A DNA stretch of 64,000 bases, taken from Burkholderiales bacterium. GTDB taxonomy: Bacteria; Pseudomonadota; Gammaproteobacteria; Burkholderiales; Burkholderiaceae_C. Position 1 is the first letter of the stretch. Each line of letters opens with the position of its first letter. The notes beneath the pieces are model-generated. The model was not told the origin of the DNA. It saw only the letters and a program-made list of their open reading frames with translations, and searched no databases. The position numbers and the translations under genes were made by a program. The stretch spans positions 91 to 64,090 of the forward strand of contig JBBRFW010000006.1 in NCBI GenBank assembly GCA_038241255.1, in the 5' to 3' direction. Below, piece after piece: positions 41,524 to 50,797 of the stretch.

Positions 41524-42650
41524 TCCTGAGCGACGACCATGTCGCCGTGCAGGACGCGGTGCGCGGCTTCGTCCGCGACCGCATCGCGCCGAATGCCGCG
41601 CAGTGGGACCGTGACGCGCATTTTCCGAGGGCCGAGCTGCAGGGGCTCGCCGCCCTCGGCTGCTACGGCGTCGCCGTGCCGGCCGAGCACGACGGCGCGG
41701 GGCTCGATTACTTGGCGCTCGCGGTCATCCTCGAGGAGATCGCCGCCGGCGACGGCGCGACGTCGACGATCGTCAGCGTCAACAACTGCCCGGTCTGCTC
41801 GATCCTCATGGCGTGGGCGAGCGGGGAGCAGAAGGCGCAGTGGCTGAAGCCGCTCGCGCGCGGCGAGATGCTCGGCGCCTTCTGCCTGACCGAGCCGCAC
41901 GTCGGCTCGGAGGCCAGCGGGCTGAAGACGACCGCGGTTCGCGACGGCGGCGAGTACGTGCTGGACGGCGTCAAGCAGTTCATCACCAGCGGCAAGAACG
42001 GCGACGTCGCGATCGTCATGGCCGTCACCGACACGGCGGCGGGCAAACGCGGCATCAGCGCTTTCGTCGTGCCGACGTCGACGCCCGGCTACACCGTCGC
42101 CGGCCTGGAGAAGAAGCTCGGCCAGCACGCGAGCGACACGGCGCAGATCGTCTTCGAGAAGTGCCGCGTTCCAGCAGGTAACTTGCTTGGCGAGGAAGGG
42201 CAGGGCCTCAAGATCGCGCTCTCGGGCCTCGAAGGCGGGCGCATCGGCATCGGCGCGCAGGCGATCGGTATGGCGCGCGCCGCGTTCGAGGCGGCGCTCG
42301 CGTATGCAAAGGAGCGCGTCGCCTTCGGCAAGCCGATCTTCGAACATCAGGCGGTGCAATTCCGCCTCGCCGAGATGGCGACGCAGATCGAGGCGGCGCG
42401 CCAGCTCGTCCACCACGCGGCGAGCCTCAAGGACGCCGGCCGGCCCTGCCTCAAGGAAGCGGCGATGGGCAAGCTCGTCGCCAGCGAAATGGCCGAGCGC
42501 GTCTGCAGCGACGCGATCCAGGTCTTCGGCGGCTATGGGTACGTCAACGACTTTCCGGTCGAGCGCATCTACCGCGACGCTCGTGTCTGCCAGATCTACG
42601 AAGGCACGAGCGACGTGCAGAAGATCCTCATCGGCCGCGCGCTGGCCTGA
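41520..42650 (+). CDS. acyl-CoA dehydrogenase (short/branched-chain type)
   Basis: FCLTEP..GS, GRIGI, R.AFGKPI, GGYGY, IYEGTSD catalytic Glu. Confidence 0.95.
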   Translation: MILSDDHVAVQDAVRGFVRDRIAPNAAQWDRDAHFPRAELQGLAALGCYGVAVPAEHDGAGLDYLALAVILEEIAAGDGATSTIVSVNNCPVCSILMAWASGEQKAQWLKPLARGEMLGAFCLTEPHVGSEASGLKTTAVRDGGEYVLDGVKQFITSGKNGDVAIVMAVTDTAAGKRGISAFVVPTSTPGYTVAGLEKKLGQHASDTAQIVFEKCRVPAGNLLGEEGQGLKIALSGLEGGRIGIGAQAIGMARAAFEAALAYAKERVAFGKPIFEHQAVQFRLAEMATQIEAARQLVHHAASLKDAGRPCLKEAAMGKLVASEMAERVCSDAIQVFGGYGYVNDFPVERIYRDARVCQIYEGTSDVQKILIGRALA

Positions 42651-42669
42651 GCGGGACGACGAAGCTGCG

Positions 42670-44139
42670 ATGGACGAGCGGCGCGCTCGCGAAGTGACCT
42701 TGCTCGAAGCGTTCGAGACGGCGCAGCCGGCGAGCCCGAGCTGGAGCGACGACGACCGGCAGTGGGCCGACCGCGTCGGGGTCGAAGCGGCGCCCGCGCA
42801 GAGCGCCCCGGCGGCGTTCGTCGCCGCGCGCGCCGGGCATGCGCTGCAGCGCCTCGCGGCGCGTGAGCCGACGCTCGCCCGTGCCGTCGCCGCGGCGTCT
42901 TGGCACGCGGGCGGCATCGCCGCGGTGGTGGTCATCGCCTTCGTGCTCGGCATCGGCTCCGATGCGATCGGCGGCGCCGGCCGCATCAATCTGCTCGCAC
43001 CGCCGCTCTGGGGCGTCCTGGCCTGGAACCTGATCGTCTACGCATTGCTGATCGCGCTGCCTTTCGTGCGGCTTGCGCGCCAGGGGGCGGTTCGTCCCGG
43101 ACCGATCGTCCGCGTCGCCGAGACGCTGCTGCGCGTTCGCGGCGGGCTGCCGCGCAGCGCGTCCGCAGGCAGCGCCGGTGCGCTGCGCCGCTTCGCTGCT
43201 CTCTGGCCGACGCGCAGCCGGCGTCTGGCCGTGCTGCGCGGCGAGACCGCGCTGCACCTCGGCGCTGCCGCGCTCGCCCTCGGCCTCATCGCTGGTCTCT
43301 ACGCGCGCGGCGTCGTGCTCGACTATCGCGCCGGTTGGGAGAGTACGTTCCTCGACGCGACGGCGGCGCACGCGCTGGTCGCCGCCGTGCTCGGCCCTGC
43401 TGCATCGCTCTCGGGGATCGCCTTGCCCGACGCCGCGTCCTTCGCCGCCCTGCGCAGCGCCCACGGCGTGACCGGCGCGGGGGCGCCCGCCGCGCCCTGG
43501 ATCCACCTCATCGCACTGACGCTCGCGCTGGCGGTCGTCGCGCCGCGCGCGCTGCTCGCGCTCTCCTGCGGCATCGCCGCCGGGTGGCGCTCGCGCCGCT
43601 TTCCGCTGCCGCTCGACGAGCCCTACTTCCAGCGCCTGGCACGGCTCGGCGGCCGTGCTCCGGCGCGGGTCGTCGTCTTTCCCTACGCCGCGACGCCGTC
43701 GCCGCAAGCGACGCTCGGGCTGCACGCGCTGTTCGCCGCGACCTTCGGCGCCCGGCTCGAGGTTCGCGTCGCTGCGCGGGTGCCGTTTGGCGCGGAGGAC
43801 GAGGCGCCGGCCGGGGTGGCCGCGGACACGACCCACGCCTTCGCCCTGTTCGACCTCGGCGCCACGCCCGAAGCCGAGCACCAGACGCGCTTCCTGCGCA
43901 CGCTTGCCGGCGCGCTGCCCAACGGTGCCTCGGTCGGCGCGATCGTCGACGGGTCGGCGTTCGCGCGCCGCTTCGCCGGCCTCGGGACCCGCGTCGCCGA
44001 GCGACGCGAGGCGTGGCGGACCTGGGGCGAACAAGCGGGCACGGCCACGCTGGTCGTCGACCTCGAAGCCGCCGACGCGGCGAGCGCCGAGCCGCATTTG
44101 CAGGCCGCGCTCGCCCGCCCGGTGGAGATGCGTCGATGA
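42670..44139 (+). CDS. DUF2868 family membrane protein
   Basis: About 4 TM segments, INLLAPP, Y.AGWESTFL; soluble alpha/beta C-terminal domain. Confidence 0.75.
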   Translation: MDERRAREVTLLEAFETAQPASPSWSDDDRQWADRVGVEAAPAQSAPAAFVAARAGHALQRLAAREPTLARAVAAASWHAGGIAAVVVIAFVLGIGSDAIGGAGRINLLAPPLWGVLAWNLIVYALLIALPFVRLARQGAVRPGPIVRVAETLLRVRGGLPRSASAGSAGALRRFAALWPTRSRRLAVLRGETALHLGAAALALGLIAGLYARGVVLDYRAGWESTFLDATAAHALVAAVLGPAASLSGIALPDAASFAALRSAHGVTGAGAPAAPWIHLIALTLALAVVAPRALLALSCGIAAGWRSRRFPLPLDEPYFQRLARLGGRAPARVVVFPYAATPSPQATLGLHALFAATFGARLEVRVAARVPFGAEDEAPAGVAADTTHAFALFDLGATPEAEHQTRFLRTLAGALPNGASVGAIVDGSAFARRFAGLGTRVAERREAWRTWGEQAGTATLVVDLEAADAASAEPHLQAALARPVEMRR

Positions 44140-45686
44140 GCGCCGCCGGCGAGCGCATCTCGCTCAGCCTCGTCTCGCACACCAACACCGGCAAGACGAC
44201 CTTGGCGCGAACGTTGCTCTGCCGCGACGTCGGCGAGATTCGCGATGCGCCGCACGTGACCGAGTTCGCCGACGCCCACGTGCTCGTCGACACGCCGGCC
44301 GGCGACCGCCTCCTGCTGTGGGACACGCCCGGCTTCGGCGACACCGTTCGCCTGGTACGCCGCCTGCGCCACTCGGAGCATCCGGTCGGCCACTTCCTGA
44401 GCGAAGTCTGGGACCGTTGGCGCGACCGGCCGTTCTGGGCCAGCCAGCAGGCCGTTCGCAACACCCGCGACGAGGCCGACGTGCTGCTCTACCTCGTCAA
44501 CGCGTCGGAATCGATCGACGCTGCCGGATACATCGCGCCGGAGATGGAATTGCTCGGCTGGATCGGCAAGCCCGTGATCGTGCTCCTCAACCAGCTCGGC
44601 GCGCCGCGGGCGAGCGAGGTCGAGGGCGCCGAAGCGGCGAGCTGGCGCGCCAGCCTGTCGGCCCACGGCCACGTTCGCGCCGTGCTGCCGCTTGACGCGT
44701 TCGCGCGCTGCTGGGTCCAGGAGCTGACGCTGTTCGCCGCCGTCCAGGCTGCGCTGCCGGAAGCGAAGCGGCCGGCGATGGCGCGCCTGCGCGGCGCCTG
44801 GTGCGAGCGCCGCCTCGCCACCTTCGGCGCTGCGGTGAGTTCGATTGCCGGAAGCCTGGCGCGCATCGCCGTCATGGGCGAGACCGTCGCCGATGTCGGT
44901 GGCGGTCTCGCTCGCTTGCGCCAGGCCGGCGCGGCCCTCGGCATCGGTCGCGCTGAGCCCGGCCCGGCGGCGACCGCGCAGCAGGCCCTCGCCGCGAGGC
45001 TAGACGACGAGCTGCGCGCGAACACGCGCGAGCTCCTGGCCTTGCACGGCCTCGGCGGCGCGGTCGAGGGCGAGATTCGCGAGCGGCTCGCTGCCGGCTA
45101 CGACCTGCGCCTGCGCCTCGACGAAACGCAGGCGGCAATGTGGGGCGGTGCGTTCACGGGTGCTCTCGTCGGGCTCAAGGCCGACCTGCTGAGCGGCGGC
45201 CTCACGCTCGGCGGTGGCCTCATCGCCGGCGGCGTTTTGGGGGCCATCGGCAGCGCCGGCCTGGCGCGCTGCGTCAACCTCGTGCGCGGCACCGGTCGCT
45301 CGTTCGTGACCTGGAATCCGGCCGCGCTCCACGCGATGGCCGAGGCGGCGCTGCTGCGCCTGCTCGCGGTCGAGCATTTCGGCCGCGGCCGCGGCGACTG
45401 GTCGCAGGGCGAAGCGCCGCCGCACTGGGCGGCGGTCGTGAGTGGTGCGCTCGCGCCGCTGCGCGAAGCGCTCGATGTGGCGTGGTCGCAGCGGCCGCAG
45501 CTGGGCTCGGCCACAGGCGTCGGCGGCGCGAACGGCGTCGACGCGAGCGGTGCGGTCCATCGCGGCGATCCGGCGGTCGACGCCTTGACGGCGCGTCTCG
45601 CGCCGCTCGTCGCCGAGGCGGCGGAGGCGACGCTGCGCGCCCTCTATCCGGACGCCGAGCGCGTCTGGCCCCCGCAATTTCCTTAA
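44136..45686 (+). CDS. P-loop GTPase with DUF3482 C-terminal region
   Basis: SHTNTGKTTLARTL (G1), PHVT (G2), DTPG (G3); C-terminal G-rich hydrophobic hairpin GLKADLLSGGLTLGGG. Confidence 0.8.
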   Translation: MSAAGERISLSLVSHTNTGKTTLARTLLCRDVGEIRDAPHVTEFADAHVLVDTPAGDRLLLWDTPGFGDTVRLVRRLRHSEHPVGHFLSEVWDRWRDRPFWASQQAVRNTRDEADVLLYLVNASESIDAAGYIAPEMELLGWIGKPVIVLLNQLGAPRASEVEGAEAASWRASLSAHGHVRAVLPLDAFARCWVQELTLFAAVQAALPEAKRPAMARLRGAWCERRLATFGAAVSSIAGSLARIAVMGETVADVGGGLARLRQAGAALGIGRAEPGPAATAQQALAARLDDELRANTRELLALHGLGGAVEGEIRERLAAGYDLRLRLDETQAAMWGGAFTGALVGLKADLLSGGLTLGGGLIAGGVLGAIGSAGLARCVNLVRGTGRSFVTWNPAALHAMAEAALLRLLAVEHFGRGRGDWSQGEAPPHWAAVVSGALAPLREALDVAWSQRPQLGSATGVGGANGVDASGAVHRGDPAVDALTARLAPLVAEAAEATLRALYPDAERVWPPQFP

Positions 45687-45697
45687 GGATCCCGCGC

Positions 45698-46444
45698 ATG
45701 AATGCGTCAGTCTCGGCAAGCAGCAGCGCGGTTCGTGCGCTCGTGTTCGACGTCTTCGGCACCGTCGTCGACTGGCGCGGCTCGATCGTCCGCGACGGCG
45801 AGGCCCAGACCGCGGCCGGCGGCCGGCGTGTCGACTGGGCGGCATTCGCGGACGCCTGGCGGGACGGCTACCAGCCTGCGATGCAGGACGCGATGCGGTT
45901 GCGCGCGAGCGGCGAGGGCGCGTGGGTCAAGCTCGATGCGCTGCATCGCGCCATCCTCGACACGCTGCTGCCGCGCTTCGGCCTCGACGGTCTCTCCGAC
46001 GCCGAGCGCGAGCGGCTCAACCTCGTCTGGCATCGCCTCGATCCCTGGCCCGATGCGGTGCCGGGTCTGACGCGCCTCAAGGCGCGCTTCCCGATCGCGA
46101 CCCTGTCCAACGGCAACGTCTCGCTGCTCGTCGACATGGCGCGGCATGCGAAGCTGCCCTGGGACTGCGTGCTGTCGGCCGAGCTGTTTCGCAAGTACAA
46201 GCCCGATCCCGGCGTCTACCACGGCGCCGCCGATTTGCTCGGCGTCGCGCCGGGCGAGCTGTTGATGGTCGCCGCGCACCCGAGCGACCTCGCCGCAGCG
46301 CGCGACGCCGGCCTGAAGACTGCCTACGTCGAGCGGCCGCTCGAGCGCGGCCCCCGCGGCGCGCGCGAAGCGCTGCCGGCCGGGCAGCGCTTCAACTGGG
46401 TCGCCGGCGATTTCGTCGACCTCGCGGCGCAGCTCGGCGCATGA
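45698..46444 (+). CDS. haloacid dehalogenase type II family
   Basis: FDVFGTVVDW, LSNGN, YKP, MVAAH..DL. Confidence 0.92.
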   Translation: MNASVSASSSAVRALVFDVFGTVVDWRGSIVRDGEAQTAAGGRRVDWAAFADAWRDGYQPAMQDAMRLRASGEGAWVKLDALHRAILDTLLPRFGLDGLSDAERERLNLVWHRLDPWPDAVPGLTRLKARFPIATLSNGNVSLLVDMARHAKLPWDCVLSAELFRKYKPDPGVYHGAADLLGVAPGELLMVAAHPSDLAAARDAGLKTAYVERPLERGPRGAREALPAGQRFNWVAGDFVDLAAQLGA

Positions 46445-46496
46445 GGCACGGCGCGCGTACCGGTCGCGGCCGGCGCGGTTGCAGTACGCTGGCGTG

Positions 46497-47105
46497 ATGA
46501 GCCCGCCCGCGATCGATTTCTACGTCGACTTTTCGTCGCCGTATTCCTACATTGCCTCGGAATGGATCGAGGCGCTCGCCGCCCGACGCGGCCGCATCGT
46601 CCGCTGGCACGCAGTGCTGCTCGGCGTCACCTTCCAGGCGGCCGAGCTGAAAAGCCCGGTGAGCCATCCGATCAAGGGCGAATACTCGCTGCTCGATTTC
46701 GCCCGATCGGCGCGATTCGCCGGCGTGCCCTTCACCTTGCCCGAGAGGTTTCCGGTCGCGACGCAGAACGCGGCGCGCATCTTCTGGTGGCTCGAGGCGC
46801 GTCACCCGGAGCGCGCCGCCACCTGGGCCCGTCACTGCCTGCGCGCCTACTTCACGCGCGCCAACGTCGACCTCTCGAACGTCGCGCACCTGAAGGGGCT
46901 GGCGCTCGAGTTCGGGTTGGATGCCGACGAGGCCGAGCGCATCTGGACCGACCCGGCGTGGAAGAGCTGCCTCAAGAGCGCCTGCGACGACGCGATCGCG
47001 CGCGGCGTCTTCGGTGCGCCGTTCTTCGTCATCGATGGCGAGCCGTTCTGGGGCAACGACCGGCGCGACCAGATTGAGCGCTGGCTCGAGGGTGGGCCGT
47101 TCTGA
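46497..47105 (+). CDS. 2-hydroxychromene-2-carboxylate isomerase (DsbA/GST-kappa family)
   Basis: DFSSPYSY, GVFGAPFF, FWGNDR. Confidence 0.92.
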   Translation: MSPPAIDFYVDFSSPYSYIASEWIEALAARRGRIVRWHAVLLGVTFQAAELKSPVSHPIKGEYSLLDFARSARFAGVPFTLPERFPVATQNAARIFWWLEARHPERAATWARHCLRAYFTRANVDLSNVAHLKGLALEFGLDADEAERIWTDPAWKSCLKSACDDAIARGVFGAPFFVIDGEPFWGNDRRDQIERWLEGGPF

Positions 47106-47116
47106 GCCGCGCGCTG

Positions 47117-47674
47117 ATGGAGCTCCTCGCCTTCCTGCGCACGCAGGTCCACGCCAACTGCCTCGCCAACCATCGCCTGCACGAGGCGATGGGCGCACTC
47201 TCGCGCGAGGAGTACGAAGCGCCGCGCACGAGTTTCTTTCCGAGCCTGGCGAAGACGCTCGAGCACATCCTCGCGGTCGACCTTTACTACCTCGCGGCGC
47301 TGCGCGGCGGCGGCGATGCCGAGCGGCAGTGGCGCGACGCGCCGAAGGGCGTGCCACTCGACCAGCTCGCCGGCGCGCAGGCGACCGCCGACCAGCGCCT
47401 CATCGATCACGTCGCCGCGCTCTCCCCCCCGGCGCTCGATGACGTCATCGATCTCGATCGCGGCGACGGCCGCATCCAGCGCGAGCGACGCGGCAACGTC
47501 ATCGCCCATCTGCTCCAGCACCAGGTGCATCATCGCGGTCAGGCGCACGCGATGCTCGCCGGCACGGCGATCCCGCCGCCACAGCTCGACGAGTTCCTGA
47601 TGCCAAGCGAGGCGCACCTGCGCGCCGAAGACGTGCGCGCCCTCGGCTGGCGCGAATCAACCCTGTTCGGCTGA
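47117..47674 (+). CDS. DinB family protein
   Basis: AN.RL, SFFPSL..TL.HIL.VD, HQVHHRGQAH. Confidence 0.9.
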   Translation: MELLAFLRTQVHANCLANHRLHEAMGALSREEYEAPRTSFFPSLAKTLEHILAVDLYYLAALRGGGDAERQWRDAPKGVPLDQLAGAQATADQRLIDHVAALSPPALDDVIDLDRGDGRIQRERRGNVIAHLLQHQVHHRGQAHAMLAGTAIPPPQLDEFLMPSEAHLRAEDVRALGWRESTLFG

Positions 47675-47686
47675 ACGGCGCCTTCG

Positions 47687-48826
47687 ATGGAAAGCATTTA
47701 CCTCACTGCCGAGTACGAGCTGCTGCGCGAGCAGGTCGCGCGCTTCGTCGCCCGCGAGGTCGAGCCGCACGCGCTCGCCTGGGAAGACGCGGGCAGAACG
47801 CCGCGCGAGGTGCTGAAGAAGCTCGGCGCCGCCGGCCTGCTCGGCCTGATGTACGACGAGGCGCATGGTGGCGCGGGCGCCAATGCGCTCGCCAACCTCG
47901 TCTTCGCCGAGGCGCTGTCGCAGTCCACCTTCGGCGGCTTCATCATCACCGTGCTGGTCCACACCGACATGGCGAGCCCGCACTTGCACCATGCCGGCAG
48001 CGCGGCGCAGAAGGCGCGCTGGATGCCGGGTATCACGGCGGGGACGACGATCACCGCGGTCGCGATCACCGAGCCCGGCGCCGGCTCCGACGTCGCCGGC
48101 ATCCGCACGACGGCGAGGCGCTCGGCCGACGGTCGCGAGTGGATCCTCGACGGCACGAAGCTCTTCATCACCAACGGCGTCCACGCCGACCTCTGCTTCG
48201 TCGCCGCCAAGACCGGGTCGGGGGGGCACGCGATGTCGATGTTCGCGGTCGAGAAGGGAACGCCCGGCTTCTCCGTCGGTCGCAGCCTCGACAAGAGCGG
48301 CTGGCTGTCTTCCGACACGGCCGAGCTCGTGCTCGACGGCTGCCGCATCCCCGCCGACCATCTACTCGGCGAGGAGAACCGCGGCTTCTATTCGGTGATG
48401 AAGAATTTCCAGACCGAGCGCATCGCGCTCGCGGCGATGGCGGTCGGCCACTCGACGCAGGCGCTGCAGGCGACGCTGGCCCATGTCCGTGAGCGCAGCG
48501 CATTCGGCGCGCCGCTGTTCGAAAAGCAGGTCGTTCGGCAGCGGCTGGCGATGCTCGACGCCAAGGTGCGGGCGGCGCGCGCCTTCATGTACCACTGCGC
48601 CTGGCGCGTGACCCAGGGGCACGATGTGGTCCAGGACGTTTCGATGCTGAAGGCACTCACCGGCGAGCTCGTCAACGAGGTCGTCCAGGGCTGCCAGCAG
48701 TTCCACGGCGGCATGGGCTACATGCGCGGCACGGTGATCGAGCGGCTCTGGCGCGACGCCCGCGTTTTGGCCATCGGCGGTGGCGCCACCGAGGTAATGC
48801 TCGACGAAGCCGCCAAGCGCTACTAA
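47687..48826 (+). CDS. acyl-CoA dehydrogenase (LCAD/AtuD-like catalytic layout)
   Basis: ITEPGAGSD, FITNG, FQTERI, GGMGY, IGGGATE (no Glu in the YEG position). Confidence 0.92.
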   Translation: MESIYLTAEYELLREQVARFVAREVEPHALAWEDAGRTPREVLKKLGAAGLLGLMYDEAHGGAGANALANLVFAEALSQSTFGGFIITVLVHTDMASPHLHHAGSAAQKARWMPGITAGTTITAVAITEPGAGSDVAGIRTTARRSADGREWILDGTKLFITNGVHADLCFVAAKTGSGGHAMSMFAVEKGTPGFSVGRSLDKSGWLSSDTAELVLDGCRIPADHLLGEENRGFYSVMKNFQTERIALAAMAVGHSTQALQATLAHVRERSAFGAPLFEKQVVRQRLAMLDAKVRAARAFMYHCAWRVTQGHDVVQDVSMLKALTGELVNEVVQGCQQFHGGMGYMRGTVIERLWRDARVLAIGGGATEVMLDEAAKRY

Positions 48827-48844
48827 GCGAGCGCCGAAGAGACC

Positions 48845-49363
48845 GTGACCCCTCCCGAGTACTTTGCGTCCCTGGCCCGCTACCACGCGTGGGCGACGCG
48901 CAAGCTCTACGACCATGTCAACAGCCTGATCGAAGCCGACTACCGGCGCGAGACGGGCCTGTTCTTCCGGAGCGTGCACGGCACCTGCAACCACCTGCTC
49001 GTCGCCGAGCACGCGGTCTGGTTCCCGCGCTTCGCCGCAGGCGTTTCGAACGCGATCGCGCTCGACGCCGAGCTCGAGTCCGATCGCGTCGCGCTGCGCG
49101 AGCGTATGCTCGTCGCCGTGCCGCGCTGGCAGGCGCTGATCGCCTCGTTCGACGCTTCGCGATTCGAGGGCGCCCTCAACTACACCACGACGAAGGGCAT
49201 CGCCCAGTCGCTGCCGTTCGCGCCGACGCTGGGGCACGTCTTCAACCACGCCACCCATCACCGCGGGCAGATCACCGCGGCCATCACCGCGATGGGCTAC
49301 CCTTGCCCCGAGATCGACTGGGTGTGGATGCTGCAAGCCGAAAGCCGGGGACAGGTGACATGA
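48845..49363 (+). CDS. DinB family protein
   Basis: YHAWA, FFRSVHGTCNH, FNHATHHRGQ. Confidence 0.9.
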   Translation: MTPPEYFASLARYHAWATRKLYDHVNSLIEADYRRETGLFFRSVHGTCNHLLVAEHAVWFPRFAAGVSNAIALDAELESDRVALRERMLVAVPRWQALIASFDASRFEGALNYTTTKGIAQSLPFAPTLGHVFNHATHHRGQITAAITAMGYPCPEIDWVWMLQAESRGQVT

Positions 49364-50175
49364 CGAACGCGCTGCGGATCGACCGCGAGGGCCCGGTGGC
49401 CCGGGTCTGGCTCGACCGCCCGGAGGTGCGCAACGCCATGAACGCGGCGCTTATCCGCGAGCTGGCTAGCGCCTTCACCGCGCTCGCCGGTGCCGCCGAC
49501 GTCCGCGCCATCGTCCTCGGCGGCAGCGGCAAGGCGTTTTGCGCCGGCGCCGATCTCGCATCCATGCGCCAGGCAGCCGACTTCAGCTGGCAGCAGAACC
49601 ACGCCGACGCTGCCGCGCTCGCCGAGATGCTCTGGTCGATGTACAGCTGCCCGGTGCCGGTGATCGCGCGCATCCACGGCGACTGCTTCGCCGGCGGCCT
49701 CGGCCTCGCCTCGGTGTGCGACATCCGCGTCGTCGCCGACGTGGCGACGTTCTCGCTCAGCGAAGCCCGTCTCGGCCTGCTGCCGGCGACGATCAGCCCG
49801 TATGTCATTCGTGCCATGGGCGAGCAGGCGGCGCGGCGCTATTTCGTCACCGCCGAGCGCTTCGGCGGCGCCGAGGCGAAGGCGATGGGTTTCGCGCACG
49901 AGGTATGCACGGTGGCGGCGATCGACGAGGTCGTCGGCCGCTTCACGGCGGCAATCGGCGCCAACGGTCCGATGGCGACGCGCGCCTGCAAGCAGCTCGT
50001 GCGCGACGTCGCCGGCCGCGAGATCACGGCCGAGCTTCGCGCCGACACCGCCCGCCGCATCGCCGACATCCGCGCTAGCGCGGAAGGCAAGGAAGGCATC
50101 CAGAGCTTTCTCGACAAGCGCGCCCCGGCTTGGCTTTTGCCGGCGGCGCCCATTCGAACCGAACCGCCTCCATGA
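49360..50175 (+). CDS. liuC: enoyl-CoA hydratase (methylglutaconyl-CoA hydratase-like)
   Basis: RPEVRNA, AFCAGADL, GGLGL, LSEARLGLLPATISPYV; upstream of HMG-CoA lyase. Confidence 0.8.
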   Translation: MTNALRIDREGPVARVWLDRPEVRNAMNAALIRELASAFTALAGAADVRAIVLGGSGKAFCAGADLASMRQAADFSWQQNHADAAALAEMLWSMYSCPVPVIARIHGDCFAGGLGLASVCDIRVVADVATFSLSEARLGLLPATISPYVIRAMGEQAARRYFVTAERFGGAEAKAMGFAHEVCTVAAIDEVVGRFTAAIGANGPMATRACKQLVRDVAGREITAELRADTARRIADIRASAEGKEGIQSFLDKRAPAWLLPAAPIRTEPPP

Positions 50176-50780
50176 ACCTCGATCTGACACAGCTCGTCGC
50201 TATCGCCGCCGCGCTCGGCTGGGCGAGCGGACTTAGGCTCTATGCCGTGGTCTTCATTACTGGCTTGGCGGGGTGGGTTGGCTGGGTCCACCTGCCCGGC
50301 GACCTGAACGTGCTCGCGCATCCGATCGTCCTCGGCGCCGCCGGCCTGATGCTCTTCATCGAGTTCTTCGTGGACAAGATCCCCGGCCTCGACAGCATCT
50401 GGGATGCGATCCACACCTTTGTTCGCATCCCCGCTGGCGCGGCGCTCGCGGGAGCGGTGTTCGGCGGCGATCAGGCGGGCTGGGTCACGGCGGCGGCGCT
50501 GATGGGCGGCACGCTAGCGGCCACCAGCCATGCGGCCAAGCTGACGACGCGCGCCTCCGCCAACACCTCGCCCGAGCCGTTCTCGAATATCGCCCTCTCG
50601 CTCCTCGGGGACGGCGCCGTGCCATTCGTCCTCTGGCTGTCGTGGGCGCACCCGGTTGTCTCGCTGGTCACGCTCGCCGCCGCCGTCGTCGTCTCGCTCG
50701 TCATCGTCTGGGTGCTCTGGCGCTTCATCGCCCGGTTGATGCGGCGCATGCGCGGCGGCTACGTCGCCGTCATCGAATAG
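50172..50780 (+). CDS. DUF4126 membrane protein
   Basis: WASGLRLYA, EFFVDKIPG.DS.WD, NTSPEPFSN. Confidence 0.9.
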   Translation: MNLDLTQLVAIAAALGWASGLRLYAVVFITGLAGWVGWVHLPGDLNVLAHPIVLGAAGLMLFIEFFVDKIPGLDSIWDAIHTFVRIPAGAALAGAVFGGDQAGWVTAAALMGGTLAATSHAAKLTTRASANTSPEPFSNIALSLLGDGAVPFVLWLSWAHPVVSLVTLAAAVVVSLVIVWVLWRFIARLMRRMRGGYVAVIE

Positions 50781-50797
50781 CGGACAGGAGCTTCGCC

